The position numbers were made by a program, and so were the translations under genes. A DNA stretch of 64,000 nt from Escherichia phage vB_EcoM_P54: the sequence record PV390658.1; one strand, given 5' to 3'. A model generated the notes under the pieces. That model was not told the DNA's origin and searched no databases. It was given only the letters and a program-made list of their open reading frames with translations. Below are positions 1-8,486 of the stretch, one piece after another (position 1 is the stretch's first letter; each line of letters begins with the position of its first letter).

Positions 1-20
1 GGAACTTAGAAGGTAGCGAA

Positions 21-485
21 ATGAAAATTAAAGAAGTCGTTCAAAAAGCAATGCTTGGCAACTCAACTAAACATGAAATGTACATAGAGATTTGTGATAA
101 GTTGAATTGTTCAAGACATGCTGCTAAGGTACTCGTGCATTGTTTTATCTGGGAATGCTCAGAAGCTTATATGCAACATGTAGCTTTTGAGAGTTCTCAC
201 TTACTAGGTGATGTAGAAGTTGGTGAGAAACTAAAAGAACCTGAGATGAAAACAGTCCCTAAAGTTGGTAATGTATACCCTCTTAAAGACTTCAAGACTG
301 GAAAGATTGTTGCAAAAGGTGTAGTAGAATCTGTTTACCATGATGGTAAATACTTACTTAAAATATTTGAGTATGATAGCAGATATACACACTTGTGTGG
401 TCTTACATTCTTAGTAACAGAAGAAGACCTCATTAAGAACAACAACAACAAGTTTGCAGTACCAGATTACCAAGTTTTACGATAA
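21..485 (+). CDS. hypothetical protein (154 aa)
   Basis: ATG at 21 preceded by GAAGGTAG SD-like sequence; open frame to TAA at 483-485. Confidence 0.55.
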   Translation: MKIKEVVQKAMLGNSTKHEMYIEICDKLNCSRHAAKVLVHCFIWECSEAYMQHVAFESSHLLGDVEVGEKLKEPEMKTVPKVGNVYPLKDFKTGKIVAKGVVESVYHDGKYLLKIFEYDSRYTHLCGLTFLVTEEDLIKNNNNKFAVPDYQVLR

Positions 486-498
486 TGGTGTGATAGAT

Positions 499-1047
499 AT
501 GGAAAAAGATAACTTAAAAGATGTTGAAGGTAACTATCTAGTCCTTGACTGGAATGATATTCGGGAAGGACTCTCCGAAGAAAATTTTGACTGGTTCCAA
601 CAAATTATCTTTGCAGTACGGCATAACAGAGAAGTTGAAAATGGTAAAGAGCCACTTGAAGGAATCTTTGTAGAAAGGTCTTATCCGTTCTATGAAGACA
701 CTTTGCAGAAAGTTAAGATGTACTTTAGACAGAAGAACCGTAAAGTAGTCACTATGGTATCTCTTGGTGGACAGAGTATGTCTGTGATGGAAGATATCAA
801 TCCTAAGAGACCGAGTAAAGGTATCTGTATAAAAATCACAGGGCATGAAGAGTATATTTCAGTGGATGACTTTAGTTCATTCTGTAATGGTTCTGCTGTC
901 TTTAATGGGTTTCACTATGATATCCGAGTGTACCCAATCAAGGGAGATGATATCATGATGCAGGTATTCGATAACAACAATGGGTTTACTCATTTTTATC
1001 AGACAACCAAGTCATCACTGAAGACAGTTCTGGAAACACTGGTTTAA
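499..1047 (+). CDS. hypothetical protein (about 182 aa)
   Basis: ORF-track frame 454..1047 begins with TTG; first in-frame ATG is at 499; followed by hairpin terminator. Confidence 0.5.
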   Translation: MEKDNLKDVEGNYLVLDWNDIREGLSEENFDWFQQIIFAVRHNREVENGKEPLEGIFVERSYPFYEDTLQKVKMYFRQKNRKVVTMVSLGGQSMSVMEDINPKRPSKGICIKITGHEEYISVDDFSSFCNGSAVFNGFHYDIRVYPIKGDDIMMQVFDNNNGFTHFYQTTKSSLKTVLETLV

Positions 1048-1056
1048 AATATCTTA

Positions 1057-1085
1057 AGAGCCTCCTTAATTGGGGGCTTTTTAAT
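1057..1085 (+). terminator. rho-independent terminator (plus strand)
   Basis: AGAGCCTCC-loop-GGGGGCT hairpin followed by TTTTT; the same motif recurs inverted at 37758-37781. Confidence 0.55.
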
Positions 1086-2630
1086 TTTTATAAAATTTCA
1101 TCGGTTGTCCCAACCTCTGGGTCACCATCATATGTGAATAAAATATCTATCCTTCTTAACAACCTTCTTAAGCTTACTCTCTATATATAGTTATATAGTA
1201 CTATATAGTATCTTAGTATCTATCTAGTGGTCTTAATAGCCCTCTGTATAAACCTTCTAAATAGCCTTCTAACAAGCCTTCTTAACAACCTATACAATCA
1301 CCTTAACCATCCCTCTATACCCTCTTAGAAGCTCCTATACACCTCTTAATCTCTAGGTTACCTATGTTACCCTCTATAGGTGTTCACTAGGTATTACTAA
1401 GCCTCTATATAGACTGTTTTAACAAACTTAACAGGAATATCTTTACAGACCTTATCTCACAAGGTCTAACACGGTATTAACAAGGTATCTTATAAGCCTG
1501 TTTATGCCTGTATTTTTAAAAGACTGTCTAGGTAATTATTCAGAATTTTAAAATTTTTATAAAATAGGACTATCAAGTCATTTTTAGGGTCTTTGAAGGA
1601 ACTCAAAAATATCTGTAGAAGATGTATATCTGCTTGGTAGCCCTTAACATCCCTGTAACATCCCCTTTGCAGAATTTTAAAATATCATTAACAATCTCTT
1701 AACAACTCTCTCAAGCTCTTAACATCTCTTCAGAGGTCTTAACAGATTCTTAACAGAACTAACAAGGCTGTAATAAGTTCTTAACAGTCGATACATGGTC
1801 TTTATAGTCTCTTAACAGATGACTAACAAGAGCTAACAAGTTAATTTTTAAGAGTTATTTTGTTAAGATAATTAACAAGTTCCTAACAAGTGTTTAACCT
1901 TTTTAACAAGCTATTAACATGGTCACTATCTCTTTTCTTATCGTTCCCTTTCTTTCTTAGTGATTCTCTAAATAGCCCTCTTAAAAGCCCTCTATAGCTC
2001 CTTGTAAGCTCTTTTAAGCCTCTTCCTAGTAATTACACCCCAACTATGCAGACACCTTTTTATAAGGCTTTACAGGAGCTTTAAAGGCTATGTCAAAGAC
2101 TCTTACAAGGCTTTTACGTGGTATTAACAGAGATTTAACAAGGGGCTAACAAGTTGCTAACAAGTGCCTTAAAAGCATAACTATGTAGGGTTTGTTAAGA
2201 AATTGTTAAGAAAATGTTAAGGGGGCTAGCATTTACGTAACTTTATAGCTTCTTTTACGTAACTTTGAAGTGACTTTATAGCCCCTATAACATACTTTTT
2301 AGTTACTATCAAGTGGCTTGTTTAGTAGTTCACAAGATAGCTAACGAGATAATAAAGCTTATAACCTTATAAGATTCTTTTAAGCCTCTATAAAGCCCTG
2401 TAAAGAGTTTTTTAAGGTGAGTTAATGCAATCCCTTAAGTTAGGTTGATAAGGCTGTTATAGAGCTTTATAGAGCGTTTAAACGGTTGCCCTTCCCTTTC
2501 GGGTTATGGGCTTATATTTAAGTTGATTTGATAAAAGGTTATAGAGTAAGCTATAGAGTTATTGCTTTTAAGGTCTAGTAAGATTCTGGAAAGGTGAGGG
2601 AAAGGGATTGTATAAGGATTCAATAGACGT
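1086..2630. repeat. ORF-free repeat-rich region: more than 20 copies of YTAACARG-like octamers (both orientations) plus CTCTATA and TTTATAGC repeats
   Basis: No ORF of 60 aa or more on either strand; octamers cluster at 1269-1289, 1689-1921 and 2123-2222 (three inverted copies TTGTTAAG at 2191-2222); bounded by terminators at about 1057 and 2631. Confidence 0.7.
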
Positions 2631-2655
2631 AAAAAAGCCCCTTTAAATAGGGGCT
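2631..2655 (-). terminator. rho-independent terminator (minus strand)
   Basis: A-run 2631-2636 then AGCCCCT-TTAAAT-AGGGGCT hairpin, i.e. hairpin plus U-run on the minus transcript; a second hairpin GGGGCT-ATTT-AGCCCC at 2669-2684. Confidence 0.6.
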
Positions 2656-2694
2656 GTAAAAGGTATCTGGGGCTATTTAGCCCCGTTGCGTCGA

Positions 2695-2943
2695 TTAGTT
2701 GTAACCTTGTTTATTGTAGTACAGTGAGATAATCAAGTCACCCCAGTAATGATAGTGATGCTCGTCGTTTAATGCCTCTTTTACAGCGTCTTTCCAGAAG
2801 TCATCAGTAGGGTTATAATCTGGGATAACTTGCTTGATAACTGTCTTCACTAATGAAAAACACTCATCAGTTCCACCAATATCAAATTTAACGTCCAGAG
2901 TATAACAGCCATAAGCATTGACAGTTGCGCGGATAGTTGCCAT
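2695..2943 (-). CDS. hypothetical early protein (82 aa)
   Basis: ATG at 2943 directly downstream of a type A cassette with AGGAG SD. Confidence 0.6.
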   Translation of the reverse strand: MATIRATVNAYGCYTLDVKFDIGGTDECFSLVKTVIKQVIPDYNPTDDFWKDAVKEALNDEHHYHYWGDLIISLYYNKQGYN

Positions 2944-3037
2944 TTTTGAATCTCCTAGTTTAAGGACTTTACTTAGTGGGGAAGGTCATTCCCTCCCCGT
3001 TGATTGACAATTTACAGATTTTTGATTGTCTCGTCAA
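2944..3037 (-). promoter_or_regulatory. type A cassette: sigma70-like promoter, 5-prime-UTR hairpin, SD
   Basis: Minus strand: TTGACG (3032-3037), 17-nt spacer, TAAATT (3009-3014), then GGGGAGGGAATGACCTTCCCC hairpin and TAAACTAGGAGATTCAAAA-ATG. Confidence 0.55.
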
Positions 3038-3542
3038 TATCTTTTTCAATATCTTTTAAAGTTTTTTCTAAGTTCTTGATATTGAACGTTAAACCTTCAC
3101 CGAGAGTCTTAGAGTAACCGCTAGGGCGTAAATCATGCAGCTTGATTTCTTCCACTTCAAAGAGACTCACCGCCTCACCATTTACATCGTAGGCCATTGA
3201 TACAGTATTTTCAGGTGCGTTGTAAAACTTGTTTAAGGACTTGATAGAACGTTCATAAGCCATTTTATAGCTATTTAAAAGGTTTTTAACGTGGCTGTGA
3301 ACGTTTTTACACTCATCTAAATAAAGACCTAAAAACATCGGGAGAAGTTCCGCGACAGCTTGCATAAAGTGAGAGACTACAACGGTTGCAACATTACGAC
3401 GATGAACGTAATAAGCCCCGTTTTCTGATTTGGTAATGGTTGCAAAGTGTACCCCATTACAACGAAATTCATAGGTATCTTTAACAGGCTTAGACATTAC
3501 ATTATTTGAACGAATATAGTTGATAGCTTTGAATTTGTTCAT
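3012..3542 (-). CDS. hypothetical early protein (about 177 aa)
   Basis: ORF-track start 3635 reads through the cassette (translates as KVLKLGDSKM); start moved to ATG at 3542 abutting the cassette SD. Confidence 0.55.
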   Translation of the reverse strand: MNKFKAINYIRSNNVMSKPVKDTYEFRCNGVHFATITKSENGAYYVHRRNVATVVVSHFMQAVAELLPMFLGLYLDECKNVHSHVKNLLNSYKMAYERSIKSLNKFYNAPENTVSMAYDVNGEAVSLFEVEEIKLHDLRPSGYSKTLGEGLTFNIKNLEKTLKDIEKDIDETIKNL

Positions 3543-3635
3543 TTTAGAATCTCCTAGTTTAAGGACTTTACTTAGTAGGGAGGTTATTGCCTCCCCGTTG
3601 ATGAGTAATTTACTTGTTTTGATATCTGATTGCAA
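3543..3635 (-). promoter_or_regulatory. type A cassette
   Basis: TTGCAA (3630-3635), 17-nt spacer, TAAATT (3607-3612), conserved hairpin and SD. Confidence 0.5.
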
Positions 3636-3764
3636 GCAATTTTTTAAGTCTATCTATAAAGAATCTTTTAAGTTAATCCCTTTTAGATAAACCCCCTCGA
3701 ACAAAGTTACCAATGTCAAGAGGGATTGTCAACATCTTTTTAAAAGTTTTTTGTAAGTTATTGA

Positions 3765-4106
3765 TTAACTGATGAATATTTTTTCAGGTTTTACATAGCT
3801 GATACGCTGTCTTTTTAGCAGGTCATCCCAGATTAACGCGGCGATATGGGAGTAACCGGATTCACGTAAAAGTTTCATTGTTTTACTTCTCGTTTCAAAA
3901 CGGCTTACATAGTGCTCACTATTCAGCGTCGTTTTATTCCCTTCGTTGTCTACATGGATAATCTGCATCACTTGAAAGGGGCTTACATCCTCACCTTTAT
4001 TCCACTGCTCAAAGTATTTTAGGCACTGCATAGGTGACATCTTATCGCTTACTTGAGTTGACCAAGATGCGCCAGCTTTATCGGTAATTACAGTTACATA
4101 AGCCAT
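3765..4106 (-). CDS. hypothetical early protein (113 aa)
   Basis: ATG at 4106 abutting a type A cassette. Confidence 0.6.
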   Translation of the reverse strand: MAYVTVITDKAGASWSTQVSDKMSPMQCLKYFEQWNKGEDVSPFQVMQIIHVDNEGNKTTLNSEHYVSRFETRSKTMKLLRESGYSHIAALIWDDLLKRQRISYVKPEKIFIS

Positions 4107-4200
4107 TTTAGAATCTCCTAGTTTAAGGACTTTATTTAGTGGGGAAGGTCATTCCCTCCCCGTTGATTGACAATTTACAGACTTTTATCAGGCTTGTCTA
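4107..4200 (-). promoter_or_regulatory. type A cassette
   Basis: TAGACA (4195-4200), 17-nt spacer, TAAATT (4172-4177), GGGGAGGG-AATGA-CCTTCCCC hairpin and SD. Confidence 0.5.
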
Positions 4201-4431
4201 GTCTTTTTCAATGATAATTTCATATTGACCATCGACACTGTCAAAATAGACGCCGTCTTCGTCTTCTGTCTTAAAGTAGCATTGAATATCATCACTGGCG
4301 GGATAGTCTTGTCTTGCTATCTGGCAAACTTGAATAGCATTTTCTTTACTCCCTGTAAACTCCTCAAGCCCTTTAAAATCACATGAATGACCATTACAAA
4401 TAGAAAGGATAAGATAAACGGTTGTAAGCAT
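4198..4431 (-). CDS. hypothetical early protein (77 aa), hydrophobic N-terminus
   Basis: ORF with ATG at 4431; N-terminal MLTTVYLILSICNG looks like a signal or anchor segment. Confidence 0.5.
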   Translation of the reverse strand: MLTTVYLILSICNGHSCDFKGLEEFTGSKENAIQVCQIARQDYPASDDIQCYFKTEDEDGVYFDSVDGQYEIIIEKD

Positions 4432-4494
4432 GATTTAAGCCCTTTAAATGGCCCTGTATGGGCCTTAAGTTGGAAGTTGGTGTCTTTGTACTGA

Positions 4495-5058
4495 TTAACC
4501 TAAAAAGTCTTTTAAATTGCGTTCTGTGATGTTTGCCGTGATTTTATCCAGCAAGTCACAAAACACGGAACTATCACCGCTATTCTGTACAATTTTCGCC
4601 ATACTTAACAAATCATCGTCAACATAGCCTAAATTGCGGTTAGTTGCATCTGGTACAAAGAAAGGTGCATACATCGCACTAAATTTCGTCGAGTGAAGGC
4701 CAATAATCCAACCTTTATCAAAGTGTCCGGTAAAGCTGGCGATATTGCTCATGTTGTCACAAGAATAATCATCCTCTAGCTCTTCCTCTGGGATATCCAT
4801 CTCAATGACAATTACGTCCTGCGTTTCCATTTGGAAAGCTGCCGTAATAAGCCCAGATTCTAAAGCGTTTTGAATGCAGCGTTCACGAATGTAAGAATCT
4901 TCCTCATCTTCCAGACATTCCGTTTTGATAATCTTGTTCATTGGGTAAACGTAGAAACAATCATCCATGTATGAGCAGTTCCAGATTCCTTCCGGCTTGT
5001 CGCCACCATTCAGCAGGTTTACAAAGTTTTTGAGGGTAGTTCCGTGATAGCATTTCAT
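4495..5058 (-). CDS. early protein (187 aa), candidate PARP/diphtheria-toxin-like ADP-ribosyltransferase
   Basis: N-terminus MKCYHGTTLKNFVNLLNGG matches the HG[ST]-x3-N-h-x2-hL NAD-binding motif of H-Y-E class transferases; Tyr cluster CFYVY and acidic stretch VIVIEMDIPEEE downstream; motif-level only. Confidence 0.3.
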   Translation of the reverse strand: MKCYHGTTLKNFVNLLNGGDKPEGIWNCSYMDDCFYVYPMNKIIKTECLEDEEDSYIRERCIQNALESGLITAAFQMETQDVIVIEMDIPEEELEDDYSCDNMSNIASFTGHFDKGWIIGLHSTKFSAMYAPFFVPDATNRNLGYVDDDLLSMAKIVQNSGDSSVFCDLLDKITANITERNLKDFLG

Positions 5059-5138
5059 TTTTGAATCTCCAGTTTAGGATTTAGTGGTAAAGCTCTTTAT
5101 CTGGGGCTTACTTTATCGAACTATAAGCCCCTTGTAAA
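5059..5138 (-). promoter_or_regulatory. type B cassette: promoter embedded in a palindrome
   Basis: Minus strand: TTTACA (5133-5138), 17-nt spacer that is the 5-prime arm GGGGCTTA, TAAAGT (5110-5115) in the loop, 3-prime arm TAAGCCCC, then AGATAAAGAGCTTTACC and SD. Confidence 0.5.
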
Positions 5139-5143
5139 GTACT

Positions 5144-5392
5144 TTATTTAACTTTTTTTGAGAAAATTAGTTTAACTGCAACTGTAGGAATCTCGTCAGC
5201 GGTTGTAACCAGCATTACTTTTTGAGTGACCAACTTATAACCGTTCTTTGCAGCGTATGCGGTAAAACGGTTGACATTGTAACTATAAGTTTTTGGTGTG
5301 TTGTCTGGCATGTGGTAAAGAAAAGGTTTACCCAAGTTTTCTTCTTGTGTCAATAGTCGGCAGGTATCAGGGACATTGAAATAGTTCATCAT
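5144..5392 (-). CDS. hypothetical early protein (82 aa)
   Basis: ATG at 5392 abutting a type B cassette. Confidence 0.6.
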   Translation of the reverse strand: MMNYFNVPDTCRLLTQEENLGKPFLYHMPDNTPKTYSYNVNRFTAYAAKNGYKLVTQKVMLVTTADEIPTVAVKLIFSKKVK

Positions 5393-5472
5393 TTTTTAAT
5401 CTCCTAGTTTAAGGACTGTGTAAAGCTCTTTATCTGGGGCTTAAGATACCAACTTTTTAAGCCCCTTGTAAA
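5393..5472 (-). promoter_or_regulatory. type B cassette
   Basis: TTTACA (5467-5472), GGGGCTTAA...TTAAGCCCC palindrome with TATCTT in the loop, SD. Confidence 0.45.
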
Positions 5473-5484
5473 GTACTTTATTAC

Positions 5485-5682
5485 TTAATTTTTGACAACT
5501 TTTAAAACTGCAAGATAACCTAAGCAATAAGAATCACCGAAGAGAGTTCTACCCATGAAAGAATCCTCTTTGATATCCTTTGCAGTGACAGTTTTTTCTA
5601 CGCCGTGGGAAAGGACTACATCACCAACTTTGATATCTTTGATGTGTGTTGTTTCAATGGTTAAGCCGTTAATAATAGCCAT
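5485..5682 (-). CDS. hypothetical early protein (65 aa)
   Basis: ATG at 5682 abutting a type A cassette. Confidence 0.55.
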   Translation of the reverse strand: MAIINGLTIETTHIKDIKVGDVVLSHGVEKTVTAKDIKEDSFMGRTLFGDSYCLGYLAVLKVVKN

Positions 5683-5776
5683 TTTAGAATCTCCTAGTTT
5701 AAGGACTTTACTTAGTGGGGAAGGTCATTCCCTCCCCGTTGATTAGTAATTTAATCTATCTAAAAATCAGTGTCAA
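5683..5776 (-). promoter_or_regulatory. type A cassette
   Basis: TTGACA (5771-5776), 17-nt spacer, TAAATT (5748-5753), hairpin and SD. Confidence 0.6.
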
Positions 5777-5783
5777 CATCTTT

Positions 5784-6188
5784 TTAAAGTTCTGCGTAGA
5801 TTGCATCACAGACATCACGGAAATCATGATTTGTTAAGTTACGTTGTAACCAAGTGGCAAAGAAATCAGCGATTGCAAAATTAGCGTCATACTCGACGGA
5901 TAGCCACACTTTAACAGCAAATCGGAACATCTTTAAATCCAGCTCTTTATTCATTACCTTTGATTTGCCTAACATGTCGGCCATCTCATGTTGTGCACCG
6001 TCTAGCGTGATACCGGCTGCAACGTCAGCCAATGAGTTTTTTACGCTTTCAACGTCTAAGATAACACTTTGAATCTTCCCAATAATGTTTTGCAGTGTTT
6101 CATCCGGTGCTGCTGATGTGATAACATTAATCCGGTTAACGGTCAAACGTGCTTTTAAGATAGATAACTCACGATTATTAATAGCCAT
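5784..6188 (-). CDS. hypothetical early protein (134 aa)
   Basis: ATG at 6188 abutting a type B cassette. Confidence 0.6.
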   Translation of the reverse strand: MAINNRELSILKARLTVNRINVITSAAPDETLQNIIGKIQSVILDVESVKNSLADVAAGITLDGAQHEMADMLGKSKVMNKELDLKMFRFAVKVWLSVEYDANFAIADFFATWLQRNLTNHDFRDVCDAIYAEL

Positions 6189-6268
6189 TTTTGAATCTCC
6201 AATTTAGGATTTAGTGGTAAAGCTCTTTATCTGGGGCTTACTGTACAGACTTATAAGCCCCTTGTAAA
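6189..6268 (-). promoter_or_regulatory. type B cassette
   Basis: TTTACA (6263-6268), 17-nt spacer, TACAGT in the loop of the GGGGCTTA/TAAGCCCC palindrome. Confidence 0.45.
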
Positions 6269-6273
6269 GTACT

Positions 6274-6546
6274 TTATGCTAAATGCAGCTTTTTGCCTTT
6301 TACTATGATGTAACTTGATGCGCTATTGCCGCATACATCTTGATAAATTCTACGCAAACGGCCTTCGTAGTATACTTTCCAGCTAGTTGGAATCTTTTTC
6401 CCGTATCCGGTAGCAGTTTTTTGGAATCCTGCAAGTTGCCAATCCAAAATGTGCTGTTCAGCTTGTAAATCCTCGAAGTGCATTACACCGTTCACATAGT
6501 GGCGTAGGGTTACGTTTAAGGTGCGACCGTTGTTAGTAGTGTACAT
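6274..6546 (-). CDS. hypothetical early protein (about 90 aa)
   Basis: ORF-track start 6588 is a read-through of cassette sequence (KVLKLGDSKM); ATG at 6546 with AGGAG SD. Confidence 0.5.
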   Translation of the reverse strand: MYTTNNGRTLNVTLRHYVNGVMHFEDLQAEQHILDWQLAGFQKTATGYGKKIPTSWKVYYEGRLRRIYQDVCGNSASSYIIVKGKKLHLA

Positions 6547-6571
6547 TTTTGAATCTCCTAGTTTAAGGACT

Positions 6572-6730
6572 TTATTTTGACAGTTCACTAATTAAGACAT
6601 CAAAGATTATATCATTATCTGCTACAGTTGCAACACCAGTGATATAATCAATTTCTAAGATAACAACAACTTTCGTACATAAACCGTCATCTATATCATT
6701 CCAGACAACTTTATCACCTGCACAAAACAT
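6572..6730 (-). CDS. small hypothetical protein (52 aa, MFCAGDKVVWNDIDDG...)
   Basis: Not in the ORF track (under 60 aa); ATG at 6730 sits exactly at the conserved position after a complete type A cassette. Confidence 0.45.
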   Translation of the reverse strand: MFCAGDKVVWNDIDDGLCTKVVVILEIDYITGVATVADNDIIFDVLISELSK

Positions 6731-6825
6731 TTTTAGAATCTCCTAGTTTAAGGACTTTATTTAGTGGGGAAGGTCATCCCCTCCCCGTTGATGTGTAATT
6801 TAACCTATCTAAAAATCAGTGTCAA
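6731..6825 (-). promoter_or_regulatory. type A cassette
   Basis: TTGACA (6820-6825), 17-nt spacer, TAAATT (6797-6802), hairpin and SD. Confidence 0.6.
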
Positions 6826-7154
6826 ACACTTTGTTTCCGTTTGCTCAATTCTTGAACAATTACAGCGTGATAGTCTTTCAAGTCACTGATGTTTAAAGCA
6901 TTTATCAGAGAATTATAATCATCAACTAACTGGAAATCATCTTTGAAGATGTCACTTATCTGATAGGTTTTCGCTTTATATCTGAAGCTCATCTCTAGCC
7001 GCTTTATTTGCTCATCACTTAAACGCCCTAGAAAGCTCTCTACAAGGTTATTGCTAACTTGCTGTGTGATTGCCTTATTTGCTAGATTATAGGCTTTATA
7101 TGCCTTATATAGCGCGAAAATGGCAATGATTGCAGTGATACCAGTCATTAACAT
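6822..7154 (-). CDS. hypothetical membrane-anchored protein (110 aa)
   Basis: N-terminal hydrophobic helix MLMTGITAIIAIFALY; start overlaps the upstream stop (ATGTTAATGA). Confidence 0.55.
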   Translation of the reverse strand: MLMTGITAIIAIFALYKAYKAYNLANKAITQQVSNNLVESFLGRLSDEQIKRLEMSFRYKAKTYQISDIFKDDFQLVDDYNSLINALNISDLKDYHAVIVQELSKRKQSV

Positions 7155-7444
7155 GGTGTTTCCTCTTTACGTGATACTTTGCCATTTACAGTTATCTCAT
7201 AGGATTCTAATAAATCGCTTTTAGACTTTACAGGACTTTTAAAAGTATCATCATAAACATTAATTTGCAATACAGGCTTTTTATACTCCCTGCAACTATT
7301 CCATAAGCAAATCACTACACGACGGCCTTTTATTTTGCCGTGTAACCATTCCATAACATCATGACTATTCCTTGATGTCTCTATAAAATCAATTTTGTTG
7401 AGTAATTTGCTAAGGTTTTCTCTAACTTTATTTGATAATTTCAT
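7148..7444 (-). CDS. hypothetical early protein (98 aa)
   Basis: ATG at 7444 abutting a type B cassette. Confidence 0.55.
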   Translation of the reverse strand: MKLSNKVRENLSKLLNKIDFIETSRNSHDVMEWLHGKIKGRRVVICLWNSCREYKKPVLQINVYDDTFKSPVKSKSDLLESYEITVNGKVSRKEETPC

Positions 7445-7527
7445 TTTAGAATCTCCTAGTTTAAGGGCTTTATTTGATAAATCTCTCTATCTGGGGCTAT
7501 CATATCCGCTTGTTAGCCCCGTGTAAA
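7445..7527 (-). promoter_or_regulatory. type B cassette
   Basis: TTTACA (7522-7527), 17-nt spacer, TATGAT (5/6 match) in the loop of the GGGGCT/AGCCCC palindrome. Confidence 0.5.
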
Positions 7528-7536
7528 GAAATCTAT

Positions 7537-8049
7537 TTAGTTCTTAAAGATATTCATCACTGAATCTTTCAACGATTCCAAACGTTCTAATACTTCAGTT
7601 TCTGCGTCTGAATTGTTCACCTCTTCTTTTAGTCTATCCTCTAAATCATCGCCGTCACGATAGCACCAATCGAAAGCATAACCAAGATAAAAACTTTCTA
7701 AAACCGTGTTACCGTTTGCATCCACAACTTTCGCGGCAAGGTTGTACTCTGAAGCCTCTAAATCTCTTTCTAGTTCTTTTTGTAAGCTTGCGTAAGCCTC
7801 TTTTGATGGATTTTCCCGGCCTTGTTTTGCATAGTCACTTGAAAGCTGTTTAAGGCTGTAATGCAAAGGGATTGCATATTTAAAATCATTATGCTGACAG
7901 TTAGGATTTTTAACAGTCACACCGCCTTGATGGTCGTTTGTAAACTCCCAATTATCGAGATTATGGCTTGCTTCGTAGAAATTTACCGCTTCGTAGATGA
8001 TGGAAAATTTTTCTTTTACAACTTCAAAGGTAGCGTCTACAGTTTTCAT
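7537..8049 (-). CDS. hypothetical early protein (170 aa)
   Basis: ATG at 8049 abutting a type B cassette. Confidence 0.6.
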   Translation of the reverse strand: MKTVDATFEVVKEKFSIIYEAVNFYEASHNLDNWEFTNDHQGGVTVKNPNCQHNDFKYAIPLHYSLKQLSSDYAKQGRENPSKEAYASLQKELERDLEASEYNLAAKVVDANGNTVLESFYLGYAFDWCYRDGDDLEDRLKEEVNNSDAETEVLERLESLKDSVMNIFKN

Positions 8050-8131
8050 TTTTGAATCTCCTAGTTTAAGGATTGAGTGGTAAAGCTCTTTATCTGGGGC
8101 TTAAGATATCAGCTTTTAAGCCCCCTGTAAA
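8050..8131 (-). promoter_or_regulatory. type B cassette
   Basis: TTTACA (8126-8131), GGGGGCTTAAAAGCTGATATCTTAAGCCCC palindrome with TATCTT. Confidence 0.45.
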
Positions 8132-8139
8132 GTACTTTA

Positions 8140-8397
8140 TCAGATTAAATTGCCAGTTAATGATAAGTGCATTTTATAGCCTTTTTTGGTAAACACGTTT
8201 ACTTTACCGAGTGATTTTACACCTTTAAAAAGGTTGTTTGAATTACGTTTTAAGGTTAATTGTTTATCAGCCTTCACGCCCCATCTTACAGTGTATTGTT
8301 TTCCGTTGTCAACCACTTTTCCGCCTAACTTTTTCGCCATGATGCGAGCGTCATCACGAGTTTTTGCAGGAATTACAACGTTTTTGATAATAGCCAT
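8140..8397 (-). CDS. hypothetical basic protein (about 85 aa)
   Basis: ORF-track start 8412 is TTG inside the cassette; ATG at 8397 after SD. Confidence 0.5.
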   Translation of the reverse strand: MAIIKNVVIPAKTRDDARIMAKKLGGKVVDNGKQYTVRWGVKADKQLTLKRNSNNLFKGVKSLGKVNVFTKKGYKMHLSLTGNLI

Positions 8398-8478
8398 TTT
8401 TAAGTTCTCCAATTTAGGATTGAGTGGTAAAGCTCTTTATCTGGGGCTTACTTTATCGAACTATAAGCCCCTTGTAAA
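8398..8478 (-). promoter_or_regulatory. type B cassette
   Basis: Near-identical to the cassette at 5059-5138; TTTACA at 8473-8478. Confidence 0.5.
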
Positions 8479-8486
8479 GTACTTTA

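Noticed and set aside
538-846. Minus-strand ORF (102 aa) inside plus-strand gene 499..1047
   Set aside because: Fully embedded antisense in a longer ORF with coherent start, SD and terminator context; no own SD; typical spurious antisense frame.
1086-2630. tRNA gene cluster in the ORF-free region (expected in Felix O1-like phages)
   Set aside because: No segment shows the GTTCGAATC-type T-loop or a cloverleaf with GC-rich acceptor stem; the region is dominated by short AT-rich direct repeats. No tRNA called anywhere in the window; tRNAscan was not run.
3543-3635. N-terminal extensions of ORF-track genes 3012..3635 and 6274..6588 (peptide KVLKLGDSKM)
   Set aside because: The extension is a translation of the conserved promoter/SD cassette (KVLKLGDSKM encodes ...CTAGGAGATTC...ATG); true starts are the ATGs at 3542 and 6546.
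5555-6072. Plus-strand ORFs 5555..5746 and 5854..6072 inside the leftward early array
   Set aside because: Antisense to minus-strand genes that each have a promoter cassette and SD; no signals of their own.
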